Shown in pieces: positions 23,508 to 36,260 of a DNA stretch of 64,000 nt. This DNA is from Camelus dromedarius. Taxonomy: Eukaryota. The position numbers were made by a program, and so were the translations under genes. The notes beneath the pieces are model-generated. The model saw nothing but the letters and a program-made list of their open reading frames with translations. It was not told the origin of the DNA and made no database searches. Numbering within the stretch: the stretch's first letter is position 1; every line of letters starts with the position of its first letter. Location: assembly GCF_036321535.1 (NCBI RefSeq), contig NC_087436.1, forward strand, positions 123,072,001 through 123,136,000. Reading direction: 5' to 3'.

Positions 23508-23799
23508 CTGGTGGAAAAACGAGACTCAGTCAGCGGGGCCTCTGTCCATACCAGCGATGCCAGTCGGGTCACACGTTTCAGTTGGCGAAGGGCCCTGCCC
23601 TCCTTTCTGGGGCAGCACAGGTGGAAAGGAGCCCCAGTCCACGCCCAACAAGACAGCCCCGCCCCTTTTATGGGGCTGCAGCCCCCAGGCTGCTCTCATC
23701 CAAAGAGCACCCTGCCCCCCACATCGGTCCGCTCTTGGGCTGTTTGTCCCGCTTGCCTCAGTGGGAAAGGGCTCCACAGACAGTTCTTTCATTTTTTAT

Positions 23800-26700
23800 T
23801 TTAAAAAACTATTTTTAGTTCCACGTATCTCCTGCCCCTATCCTGCAGCCTCCCCGCCGTCAACACCGCCACAGAGGGCACACTTGTCCCAGACGGTGAA
23901 CCTGCACCGACACGTCATCACCACCCGGAGCCCACAGTTCACGTCAGGGGTCACGCTCGGTGTTGTGCGCTCTGTGGCTTTGGACAAATGTGCGGTGACA
24001 GGCGTCCTCACTGCAGTGTCAGCGCACAGTGTTTCACTGCCCTAAACCCCCTGCTCTGCTGGATCACCTCCCCCAACCCCTGCAGACACTGGTCTTGTCG
24101 CCGTCGCCATAGTTTGCCTTTTCCAGGATGCCGCACAGGTGGACTCATACCGTCTGCGGCCTTTTCAGACGGGCTCTGTCCCTCGGTGATGTGCATTTAA
24201 GGTTCCTCCGTGTCTTTTCATGCCGTGCCAGCTCACTTCTCTTTAGTGCTGAATAATATTCCCGCGTCCAGAGGAACCACAGTTTATTTATGCATCACCT
24301 GCCGGAGGGCATCTTGGCTGCTTCCAGGTTCTGGCAATGACGGATAAAGCTGCTGTAGACGTCTGTGTGCGGGGTTTTGTGTGGATGTAAGTCGTCTCCT
24401 CTGGCTGAGCACCAAGGAGTGGGACTGCTGGGTTGTATAGTAAGGGCGTGTTTAGTTTTGTGAAAAACCACCAAACTGTCTTCCGAAGTGGCTGCACCAT
24501 CTCACGTCCCCACCCGCAGTGATGAGCACGCCTGCTGCTCTGCGTCCTCCCGGTGCCGGGGACGTCAGTGTCCAGATTCGGCTGTGCTGACAGGTGTGGC
24601 ATGGGGCCTTCTAATTTGCATTTCCCTGATGACAAGTGATGCTGACCCAGATGGCCTTTTAAACCTCTCCCTCAAGGCAGGGGAGAAGGGTCTGGAATCT
24701 GTGTCTCCTGTGGCTGCCACTGAAACACCACAACTGCGGACATAAAACAAGAGAGGCGGTGTGTCAGGTCCAGTCCCAGAGCAGCAGGCACGCACTCTCC
24801 GAGGCTCCAGGCTCCTGACTCGCCGCTTCCTCCCTCCAACCTCTGCCTCTGCCTCTGTCTTCAGGTGGCCGTCCACTCCATGCCTCGAGACTCCCTCCAC
24901 CCTCTTCCGTGTGTATCGATAGTTCATTCCTTTTTAGTGTTAAAAAGTTGTGGTAAAATACACATAAAATTTGCCATCTTAACCATTTAAGTGCACAGCT
25001 CGGGAGATTAAACACATTCATAAAGTGTATCCACACCCACACCTACAGACTCTTCATCTTGTGGATCTCTGTCCCCATTAATCAGTAACTTCCCACCCTT
25101 CCCTCAGCCAGACATCCCATTCCACTTCTGTCTCTGTGACTCTGGGGACTCCAGGGACCTCACACAAGTGGAGTCACACAGCACATGCCCTTTTGTGATC
25201 GGCTTGCTCCACTGAGCAGGAAGGCTTCAAGTTTCATCAGGCTGTAGCCAGTGTCAGAATTCCCATCCTGTTGAAGCTGAGTCACACTCTGCCATGTGGA
25301 TACACACACACCACGTTGTACTTATCCGCCGTCCACCGATGGACACCTGGGCTGCTTCCACCTTCTGTCTATTGTGAACAGTGCTGCTGTGAATGTGGGG
25401 GGTACCAGGATCTCCCCGAGAGCCTGCTTTCAATTCTTTTGGGTATTACCCCGAAGTGGAGTCACTGGATTTTATGGTAGTTGATTTTTGTTTTCCACAG
25501 TGATGGCACCATTTCACATCCGTCAGCAGTGCACGGGGGTTCCAGCTTCGCACACCCTCACTTCTCACGAAGCAGCCAGAGCCTGGGCGTGCGGGGGGCC
25601 CGTGACCCGTTTTGCTTGCATCTGCCTCGTGGCCGTGGATGCTGAGCGTCTTCCCTGTGCCTGCTGGACGTGTGCCTTCTTTGGAGAAACGTCTATTCAA
25701 GCCCTTTGCTTATGTTTTAACTGAGCTGTTTGGCTTTTCTGTGTGTGTGTTGAGTTTTAGAAATTCTCTATATATTCTGGACAGTAATTCCTATGTGATA
25801 TATGGCTTGGAGACACTTTCTCCCATCCTGTACAATCCTTTTTGCAATTTTAAGGAAGTACAATTTGTCTATTTTTAATTTTGTTGCCCCTGCCTTTGGT
25901 GTTCTAGCAATCATCGCCAAACCCAATGTCGCAAAGTTTTGGCCCGTATCCCTCAAACATTTTGAGTTAAATTTTGTATATCGTGTTAGGTAAGAGTCAA
26001 ACTTCATTCTTTTTCATGTAAATATCCAGTTTTCCCAGCACCATTTGCTGAAAAGACTGTTCTTTCCCCATTGAAGGATCTTGGGACCCTTGTCAATAAT
26101 CAGTTGACCACTTGGAGGGTTTATTTCTGGGCTCTCTATTCTATTCCACTGGTCTGGATGTCTGTCTGTATGCCAGCACCACACTGTTTTGATTACCGTG
26201 GCTTTGTCGTAAGTTCTGAAAGCAGGAAGTGTGAGTCCTCCAGTCTGTTCTCTTTCAGGACTGTTTTGGTTATTTGGGTCCCTTGAGATTCCATGAAAAA
26301 TTTAGGATGGATTTTCTATTTCTGTAAGAAGTATCTTTGGGATTTTGACAGGAATTGCACCAAATCTGTAGATCACTTGGGTAATACTGACATTTTAACA
26401 ATATTAAGTCTTCCAGTCTATGAAGGTGGGGTGTATTTCCATTGACTTGTGTCTTTAATTTCTTTCAGCAATTTCTGTAATTTTCATTATATGAGTCTTT
26501 CACCCTCTTGGTTAATCCCTAAGTATTTTATTCTTCTTGACGCTATTATAAATAAAATTATTTTTGCAATTTTCTTTTCATATTGTCCACTGCGTGTGTA
26601 CAAAAATGCATCTGATTTTTCTGTTGAATTTGTACTCTGCTACCTTACTGAATTTATTGATTAGTTCTGACAGGTTTTTTTTTGTGTGTGGAACCTACAT

Positions 26701-28190
26701 ATAAAATCATATCATCTACAAATAGAGATAATTTTCTACGTTCTTCTTTTCCAGTGGGTGTGTTTTCTTTCTTTTTCTCGTCTAATTTTGCTGGCTAGAA
26801 CTTCCAGGATTATGGTGACTAGAAACGGTAAAAGCTGGTGTCCTTGCCTTGTTCCTGATCTTGGAGAAGCAGCTTTCAGTTTTTCACCACTGAATACGAT
26901 GTTCATAATGGGTTTCTCAGATATGGATTTTACTTTCATATATGGCTACTATTTCTGGTTTGTTGAGTGTATTTACCATGAAAGGAACTAAATTTCGTCA
27001 AATGCTTGTTTTTTTGTCAAATGCTTGCTTGGGTTTTCCTCCACCCTGTGATGAGGCATACTACAGCAATCCATTTTTCCTGTGCTGAACCATCTTTGCA
27101 TTCCAGGAATAAACCGCACTTGGTCATGGGTGTGTGAATCCTTGCAACGTGCTGGATTCTGCTTGCTAGTATTCTGTTGAGGACCTTTGCATCACTGTTC
27201 ATAAGGGATATTGGTCTGTTGTTTTCCTGTAGTGTCATTGTCTGACTTTGGTATCTGGGTAATGCTGCCACATAGAATGAATTAGGAAGTGTTCCCTCCT
27301 CTTCAGGTCTCTGAAAAAGTCTGAGAAGGCCGGGTATCAACTCTCCTTTAGAAGCTTGGCAGCACTCGTCCTCTGCCGGGAGGTTTCTGGATACTGATCC
27401 AATCTCATTACTAGGTACAGGTCTGTTTGGATTTTCTGTATCTTTGAGATTTACTCTGGGCAGTTTTTGTGTTTCAAGGCATTTGTCCATTTCATCCAGG
27501 CTATCCAATCTGTTGATGTAAATCTGTTCATGATATGCTCCTATCATCTAGTTCTGTAGAATCAGTAGTAATGTCCCTACTTTCATTTCAGATTTTAGTA
27601 ATCTGAGTCTTCTCTCTTTCTTCATCCATCTAGCTCAAAGTCTGTCAGTATTTCTGAACTTTTGGAGGAACCATTGATTTTCTCATCTCTATTTTATCTT
27701 TGCTCTAATTTGGGGGGGGGGGGGGTAATTCGATTTATTTATTTGCTTATGATGGAGGCCCAGGGACTGTGTTCACACCAGGCACACGCTCCACCACTGA
27801 GCTACGCCCTCCCCACCTCCAATCTTTATCATTCTGTCTTCTGTTAGCTTTGGGTTCAGTGCATTTTTCTTTCTCTAGTGCCTTAAGTTGTAAACTAAGG
27901 GTTGATCTGAGATCGTCCTTGTGTTTAGTGCGTCGATGGCTATAAACCTCCCCTTCAGCACTGCTCTCACTGCACCCATTAGTTCTGGTACGCTGTGTTT
28001 CTGTTTTCATTTGCTTCTAAGTGTTTTCTCATCTCTCCTGGATTTCTTCTTGGTCCACTGATTGTTTAAAAGTGTGCTGTTCTCTTTCCACAGTTTTGTA
28101 GATTTTCCCGTTTTCCTCTTGTCACTGATTTCTAACTTTTTGCCACTGGGTCCAAGAAGATACTTGGTATGATGTCTATCTTTTTAAATC
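23800..28190 (-). mobile_element. Cluster of old LINE-1 (L1M-type) segments from the 3'UTR and ORF2
   Basis: Minus-strand ORFs give decayed ORF2 peptides, e.g. 'NIVFSGEKLKAASPRSGTRQGHQLLPFL', 'LDSLDEMDKCLETQKLPR...PNSFY...RPISLMNSDAKVLNRILASRIQ' and 'TVWWFFTKLNTPLLYNPAVPLLG'. Confidence 0.9.
27709..27814 (-). mobile_element. tRNA-derived SINE (camelid Vic-1-like), diverged, inserted into L1
   Basis: Minus strand GGGGAGGGCGTAGCTCAGTGGTGGAGCGTGTGCC...CCTCCATCAT...AAATAAATAAATCGAATTACCCCC. The flanks CTCTAAT and CTCCAAT resemble a TSD. Confidence 0.75.
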
Positions 28191-28209
28191 TATTGAGACA
28201 ATTTTGCCT

Positions 28210-30223
28210 GCTCTTCTCTTATAAGGACCCTTGCCACTGGACTTAGGGCCCACCTGGGTAATCCAGGATGGTCTCTTCACCCCAAGGTTCTTTACACATC
28301 CGCAGAGAACTTTTTCTTCAAATAAAGTCATACTCACATGTTCTGGGGGTTTAGAAATGAGCGTATCTTTTGGCAGGGTCACCATTCAACCTACTACAGT
28401 CTACCTTCTGGCCCTGCAAAAACCCACATCTGCCCCACATGCAAAATCCACTCACACCACCCCCACATCCCAAGAGACTTAATCCAGCACCAACTCCAAA
28501 TCCCCAAACCTCCTCTGAAGTTCAAGCCCTACGCCTTCCCTTCTAGCCGGGTCAGGCGTGGGTGAGCCTCGGCACGCCCTCTCCCAAGGCTGTGGGTCTG
28601 TGAGACCAGAACACAGATTATCTGCTTCCAAAGACACAAGCATGGGGCAGGACAGATACTCCTGCTCCAGAAGGGAGGTACAGTGGCATAAAGGGATCAC
28701 TGGTCTCATGAACTTCTGAGACCCAGCAGGGAAAAGTCTATGAGGTTTCAAGACTTTTCAAGAGAATACATCACTGTGGGTCGAGGTTCTGCCCTCTGGG
28801 CCTGTGATGGCCTCACCCTCTGGGCTCAAGGCTCTACTTTGGAGTCAGACTTCCCTTTTCTTGAAGGGCAGCTCATGTTTGTGGCCGAGCAGCTCTATCA
28901 GCCTATTTCCTGCAGGAAGGATTTTGGAAGTCTGACAGCCTTCTCTCATTTCTTCCTGTCTCTGTTCCCTTCAGTCCAAGCTGGTGGTATTTCCCAAAAC
29001 CTCTGTGGGTCTCCCGTGTATGTCAGAGATCCAGGCCATTTGACAGCCTCCACAGATCTTCCCTGGATACCTCCTCTCCAGTCCTAGGTCCCGTGAGATG
29101 GCTGAGCCACCATTAAAACAACTACTCTCCTTAGCAAAAGGTTTCCAGCCACACACTTGGCCTTCTCTCCAGAGCATGTTCTCCTAACACTGAAACTCCT
29201 ACTATTACCATCTTTGTGCAAGTGGGTGCTGTGAATTTTCCAAATCATCAAGTGCTAGTTCCATATTGCTCAGCAGTTCTTTCCTGAATTCATCTCTCTC
29301 CTCTGGTATTTTATTACAAGCAGCAAGAAGAAACTAGACCACACCGTCAACACTTTGCTGGGAAATCTCCTCGCGAAATACCCAAGTTCATCCCTTCCAA
29401 GCTCTGCTTTGCACACCACTGTGGAGCACAATTCAGCCATGCTTCCTGCCGCTGGGTCACAGCCAGTTGTCCTCCCCCTTCCAACACGATGCTCCTTTCC
29501 CCTTCTGAGCTCTAGTCAGTAGCATCTTTGAGCTCCTGTCTCCAGCAGAAGGCACGTGTCTCTGTGCGACATGTGCCCTCAAAGACGACAGGCGCTTTCT
29601 CCACCTTGCTCAGTTCCTCCTGGATTCTCACCAGAGTCGTCTTTAAAGATCGTATTTATATCGACAGTCTCTTCAAGGCAATTAGATTCTTTAAAAACGG
29701 TGTTTCTCAAAATTCTTCCAGCCTCTACCTCTTATCCGATTCCAAAGGCACTTTCACAGTTCTAGGTATTTGTTAGAGCAGCACCCCACTTCCTAGTACC
29801 AAGATTGGTTTTGGTTTCCTGTGGCAGGTATGACAAAGTACCACAAACCTGGTGGCTTAAAACAACAGGTGTTTACTTTCTTGCAGTCTGGGGGACAGAA
29901 GTTCCAAGTCAAGGTGCCAGCAGGGCTGTACTCACTCTGGGGGCTCCAGGCATCCCTTGGCTTGTGACTACATGCTTCCCATCTCATTTCTGTCCTTACC
30001 CATCTTCTCCTCCATACAAGTGTCTCAAATTTCCCCCTGCCTCACTCTTGTAAGGGCATGTGTCGTTGGGTATAGGGTCAACCCAGATTACCTACGGTTA
30101 CTTCATCTCAAGATCCATAACTTAATTACAACTGAAAAGATCCTGTTTCCAGAAAAAGATCACATTCACAGGCAGTGGGGGTTAGGGTGTGGACACATCT
30201 CTTTGGGGCTACAATCCAACACA
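28210..30223 (-). mobile_element. MaLR element: MLT1-like 5'LTR (30223-29806), internal region (29805-28399) and partial 3'LTR (28398 to ~28210)
   Basis: Both LTRs start TGT..G.TTG.A. The internal region starts ATCTTGGTACTAGGAAGTGGGGTGCTGCTCTAACAAATACC and ends with the purine-rich GGGCCAGAAGGTAGAC before the 3'LTR. Confidence 0.85.
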
Positions 30224-30920
30224 TTCTTCTCTAAAACACATCTCAAAAGCCGTCCCTTCTCTGCATCCTCACTGCACTGCCCTGGCCCATCTCTCCTGGG
30301 GCTTTGGCCCAGCTGGCCCCTCATGCTTCCACCTCTGAACCCCAACAATCCACTGTCCTCACAGCCAGAGGACTGTTTTACATGATGAATCCCCTGCTTA
30401 AGGCCCCACAAAGCCCTCTCTTCACACTTGCTTACGCATGGCCAGCTCCTCTGACAACTTACACCTGAGCGTAAGTGTGACGCTCCGGAGGGCTCCCCAG
30501 GGACTCCTAATGTGCCCACCCTCTGCTGTGCACCCCTGGGACACAGGCTTTATTTCATTCTCAGCATTCACCCCAACTCGGGACTGTCTTCTCCATCTAC
30601 CCCCTCATCTATTCCCTCACTCCATCCATCTGCCTGTGGGATTAAAGAACAGAACTTCTCTGTGATGAGAACCTTTAGCACATCCCGCTGCCGCCCCATG
30701 ACATCCCGGCTTCCCTTCGGGGCGGATCCCTAACCTTCACTGCTGTTTACTCTCACACTCTCTGTGGGCAGGCAAAACAAATGGAGATTTTTTTTTCTGA
30801 TTGAAAGTCTCCAAAAAAGTTGTAAACAAACAAATAAACAAACCCAAAGAACTTCAGAAGTACCACCTTTATGAATAAAAAATGACTTGTCACAGTTTCT
30901 ATCTATGGTGCAACTATTAC

Positions 30921-31058
30921 CTCATTGAAAGATGAAAGGTTAAGTTTTTTGGCGATGAACTTCTTTAGATGCAGGACCGTTGCCTGGGCTGAACAGCGGA
31001 TCCATTTCCGTTTCAAGCCCCGCAGTTTGCTGCTATTGCATTCCAGGCAGATGCTCAC
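30921..31058 (-). CDS. PCGF3: PCGF3 coding exon 6: VSICLECNSSKLRGLKRKWIRCSAQATVLHLKKFIAKKLNLSSFNE (RAWUL domain)
   Basis: Acceptor ttctcttaaag|GTG, donor GAG|gtaata; 138 nt. Confidence 0.96.
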
Positions 31059-31774
31059 CTTTAAGAGAAAGGACACACAGCTGGGCAGAGGCCGCATCGG
31101 GGTCTGGCGGGGCCGCTCCTGGAGGCTCCCTGAAACGTTTACTAATCCCACCAAGTCTAAGGATGCTGACTTTTTCGAAATCATGAATCTGTTCTGACTG
31201 TAGAAACACTGTAGAGACAGAACTCTAATCACTTTACACAGCTTACCTTAAAACCCGCTTACCGTTTGCCATTGTGTGAAATATAACCCTACAAGATTAG
31301 CGTTGTCTTATTAACATAGTGCTTTCAAGTAAATCCAAGAATTATTTATTCACTGTGGCAGTGTGTGCTGGCCTCGGGGCAGGACCGACAAAGGCTGGAA
31401 CCCTGCTCTGAAAGCCTCTGGGGGCTGGGACACGTGTGTCGCCCCATGGACCGTGCTCCCTGCTGTGGAAGCACGGCAGGGACAGACACGTCACACCAGC
31501 AGACACCACCGTGTCCGCAGGAATGCCTGGAGGAAGGCTTGCAGGAAGTCATATTACTCTTGGCCTTCAAAGAAGACCACAGACTCACCAGAGGACAGAG
31601 CACCTGAGCAGAGGACACACCGTGAGCAAAAGCACAAAGTCCAAAGTCACGGTCACCTCTGAGTGGACAGTGTGTGACAAGGAATGAAAACAGCAAATAA
31701 GTAGAAGACGTAGTTCAGAAAGAAAGAGCTTAAGGCGGACTGACTGGCTGGGGTTTAGGAGACGAGAAGTGGCC

Positions 31775-31830
31775 GACTGTCCGACTGACCCACTGACCGA
31801 CTAAGTGACCAACTGACTGACCGACCGGCT
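31775..31830 (+). repeat. Degenerate (CTGA/CCGA)n tetranucleotide repeat
   Basis: GACTGTCCGACTGACCCACTGACCGACTAAGTGACCAACTGACTGACCGACCGG. Confidence 0.7.
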
Positions 31831-32058
31831 GGGGAGCAGGAGGCGCCAGGAAGGGGCAAGACTCTCGTGTCGCTTAGGAGGCAGGAAGAGACTTGTATTA
31901 ATTTCCGACTTTTAAACAATGCATTCATTTTAGAATTTTGTAATTGCTAAAATAATAAAAATCAAACATATACCTTGCCAATTAGTTGCCCAGCAAAGGC
32001 AAAAAAGAAGATTAAATAAAATTTACTGATTCAGTAGAAGGCACACAAGGCAGGGAGC

Positions 32059-33380
32059 ACAGAATTAAGTTAGAACACTCCCTCACTCCATACACAAAAA
32101 TAAACTCATAATTGCTTAAAGACTTAGACATAAGACAAGACACTATAAACTTCCTAGAAGAAAACATAAGCAAATTATTCTCTGATATAAATCTCAGCAA
32201 TGTTCTCCTAGGGCGGTCTACCCAAGCAATAGAAGTAAAAGCAAAAATTATCAAATGGGATCTAGTTAAACTTATACGCTTATGCACAGCAAAGGAAACC
32301 ATAAATGAAACAAAAAGACAACCTATGAAATGGGAGAAAATATTTGCAAATGATGCAACTGACAAGGGCTTAATTTCCAGAATATATAAACAGTTCATAC
32401 AACTTAATAAGAAAAAACAAACAACCCCGTCCAAAAATGGGCAGAAGACCTAAACAAGTAATTCTCCAATGAATACAAATGGCCAACAGGCACATGAAAA
32501 ACGCTCAATATCACTAATTATCAGAGAAATGCAAACCAAAACTACATTGAGGTTATCACCTCACACCAGTCAGAATGGCCATCATTCAAAAGTCCACAAA
32601 TGATAAATGCTGGAGAGGGTGTGGAGAAAAGGAAACCCTCCTACACTGCTGGTGGGAATGCAGTTTGGTGCAGCCGCTGTGAAAAACAGTGTGGAGATTC
32701 CTTAAAAGTCTAAAAATAGACTTACCATATGATCCAGCAATCCCACTCCTGGGCGTATATACAGAGGTAACCTTAATTCAAAAAGATACATGCACCCCAA
32801 TGTTCACAGCAGCACTATTTACAATAGCCAAGACATGGAAGTAACTTAAATGTCCATTGACAGATGACCGGATAAAGAAGTTGTGGTATATTTATACAAT
32901 GGAATACCACTCAGCCAGAAAAAAAGAATAAAATAATGTTGTTTGCAAATAACATGGATGGGCCTAGAGATCATCATTCTAAGTGAAATAAGCCAGAAAG
33001 AGGAAGAAAAATACCATATATCACTTGTATGTGGAATCTAAAGAAAAGAAAAAAAAAAAAAGGACACTGTGAACTCATCTACAAAACAGAAACAGACTCG
33101 CCGACTTAGTAAACAATCTTATGGTTACTAGGGGGAAAGACGGTGGGAAGGGATATTTTTGGGAGTTTGTGATTTGCAAATGTTAACCACTATATGTAAA
33201 AATAGATTAAAAAAAAACCAAGTCTCTCCCGTACAGCACAGGGAACTATATTCAGTATCTTTTAATAACCTTTAATGAAAAAGAATATGAAAACGAATGT
33301 ATGTATTGTATGTATGACTGGCACATCATGTACACCAGAGACTGACAATTATAACTGACTGTGCTTCAGTTAAAAACATT
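32059..33380 (+). mobile_element. 5'-truncated, relatively young LINE-1 (ORF2 C-terminus and 3'UTR), antisense to PCGF3
   Basis: ORF 32112-32453 (KWDLVKLIRLCTAKETIN..KWEKIFANDATDKGLISRIYKQ) and the CCHC knuckle [18 protein letters not shown] at 32608-32661. The ORF is frameshifted. Confidence 0.95.
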
Positions 33381-33399
33381 TTTTAAATTAAATTTAAAA

Positions 33400-36260
33400 A
33401 ATGTAAACAGAAAGCACAAACTAAAGCAGAAATACATTCAACTCACCAGCAACATAGTAAATGTGAAACTGTTTGTCATTTAAATGAATTTTCTGATTGG
33501 ATTTTTTAAAAAAACACAGCTCTCTGCTGTAAAAAGTGTCACATTTAAGAAAGATGTTAAAAAATGGAAACACCAGGCAAATATGAGCCAGAAAGAAGCT
33601 GACGGAGCTCTATTAATATCACGTAAGGCAGACTTGTAAGGCAGAAATCTGAGTAAGAAAACACTCCGGAAGGAGGGAAACATCTCTACGAGTGACTGCT
33701 CTGCTAACAAACCGCCGTCGGCGGACTGAGGGGAAGTCACTCAGTCCAGTCACAGTGGGGCCGGGAGGGCGCTGCCGCGCCCCACGCCTGATGGGCGAGG
33801 ACCTGCGCCCCAGGCCTGAAGCAGCATGACCCCGCAGACCTGCCTCTGAGCGGGACGTCGACCACACCCAGCACCACTGGTGGCACAGGGGCTCACCAGA
33901 GGGGCCCGCCCCCCCCCCCCCCCCCGCACAGGACCGCGTCCAGCACAGGGAGCACGGCTGTCACACAGGAGGAGCTCAAAGAATGCTCGGTCTGTCAACA
34001 CAGGTGACCACGAAGTTGGGGAGCACAGGGGACCGTCACGTCATGTTGATCTTTGGGCTGTGGGTCCACCACCTACTTAAATACATAAAAGCATGTTTGT
34101 GATTTTTTAACAGCTTCACTGAGGCATAATTTACATTTATCTGTTTTAAGTCTGCAATTCAGTGATTTTTAGTCAATGTCAAGTTGTGCGACCACCATCA
34201 TAGTCCAGTTTGAGGTCGTCCCCATCACCCCATGAGGCTCACACCCTCTGTGGCCAATCCCATACCAGCCCTAGGCAACCCTGTCCATCTGCACAGGTGG
34301 TCCTCACGTGTCTCCAGACGCATCTGCATGCAGCCCGTGCTGACCAGTGCTCCTCCGTGTGGACAGAGCATGTCTCGTCGATCCACTCACTGGCCAATGG
34401 ACGTTTGGACCGTTCTCAGGGCTGGCTATTCTGAATAACGTTGCTATGAACATTCACGGACAAGTCTTCGTGTGGATGCATGTTTCCACACACATCTAGG
34501 AGCAGAGGTGCTGGATCATGTGGTTAACTAATGTTTAACTCTTTCTTTGAGAAACTGCCAAGCTGCTGTCCACAGGGGCCACACCACTTACACTCCAACC
34601 AGCAGAGTGGGAGGGTTCCCGTTTCTCCACATCCTTGCTGACAACGTGTCTTTTCGACGGCGGCCATCCTCGTGAGTATAACATCATGTATCATTAGGGT
34701 TTTTATTTCCTCAATGACTAACGATGTTGAACATCTTTTCATGTGATCATTAGCCTTTTGCATGTCTTCTTAGTGAAATATCTACTGAAATCTTCTGCCT
34801 ACTTCTTAACTTGGTTTGTTTATCTTCTTACTGAGTTACAAGAGTTACATACTCTAGAGACAAGTCCTTTTCGGACACGTGACTTGCAAACATGTTCCTC
34901 CCAGTCTGTGGCCCCTCTTTTTACTTCTTAATGGGGTCTTTTGAAGAACAGCAGCTCTTAATCTAATGAAGTCAGTTCATCAGTTTTCTTTTCTGAGTTA
35001 ACGCAGCTGGTTTTGAATCTGAGAACTAACCCAAGGTCCCAGAGAGTTTCCCTCATGTTTCCCTGTGAAGCCTTCAAGTTTTCGCTCTCACATTTTGAGT
35101 TAACTCTTGGGCATGCTGTGAGGTAAGGGCATAAATGCATCTCTTTGCATGTGAGGACCCTACCGTCCCAGCACCACTGGTGAAGACATTATCACACAAT
35201 GTCTTGATTACTGTAGCTTTTTAGGAAGATTTGATGTTTAAAACTTTCAGTGCATACTTTAAAAAATAAACCCATGGGTCAAACAAGTCATAATGAACAT
35301 TTAAAACTGTTCAGAACCAAATTACTACAGTTGGAAACCATATGAATGTTCAACTCAAGAACTTAAGAGAAGGAACCTACAAAGAGAAGAAGAAAGGAAA
35401 TTAAGAGCAACAATGAACAGAAAAGAACACGGTCAAACCTCTGGCAAAAGTGACTGAGAAAGTGGAAGACACTCATGCAGTCAGAAAGAGAAATGGAAAA
35501 ATAACTATACGTGCAGCAAAAGCCACAGGCAGAAGAAGGAATTCCATGAACTGTTTTATGTCAAAAAATTAGGAAACCTAAGTCTAATTAGAAAGTTCCT
35601 AGGGAAAATATGACTGAGCAGAATGAACTAGAGAAGCAGCAGACTTGAGAAGGACTAAAACCATTACAGAAATTTAATCTGTGGTTAAAAATATTCCTAC
35701 CTCTCTCCAAAAAAACTTAATCAAGATCTGACGTCTTCATAGGAAGTTTAACCAACAGTCAATAAAACTGATGGTCTCCGTCTCACACAGACGTCGGTAG
35801 AGGATAAAACATTGAAGAAGACTTGCTTGTCTTACTTGACTCGATACAGAACCACACAAACACACACGAGCAAAGAGAAGACTAACTCCCGTAAAACGAG
35901 TACGAAAACGTTGGGACGCCCGACACCCAGAGGCCAGGAACAGAGCAAGCGGCTTGCATGGGACAGGATGCAAGTGCCGGGCACCCCCCTCGCCCACGGG
36001 CTGACCCACACACGAGTCTGGGACACGTGTGCTGGACGTGCCCCGGGAGGCCGGGGCAGTGCCTGGAAGGCTGTGAGCAAAGGGCACGCGGAGCCCTGGA
36101 GACAGTGCTGCCCTGGCACTGCTGCAAAACTGTCACACACACCAACTAATATTCAGTGGGTACGTCGTGCACCTCAAAAAGTCTCAAAAATATAATTTTA
36201 ATAGGAGAAGTAAGCTGCACAAAGACACAGGTTCTGCGTTCTGTGCTTATGGCTACGTAC
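33400..36260. mobile_element. Mixed old LINE-1 fragments (+ endonuclease-region piece ~33400-33740, - strand 3' part ~34100-35230, + ORF2 pieces beyond)
   Basis: 'AAGAAGCTGACGGAGCTCTATTAATATC' resembles the ORF2 endonuclease region. The minus ORF 'HMKRCSTSLVIEEIKT...CQQGCGETGTLPLCWLECKW' is an L1 ORF2 relic. Confidence 0.7.

Noticed and set aside
32059..33380. Active L1 or a domesticated ORF2 gene
   Set aside because: 5'-truncated and frameshifted, with no endonuclease or reverse transcriptase domains.
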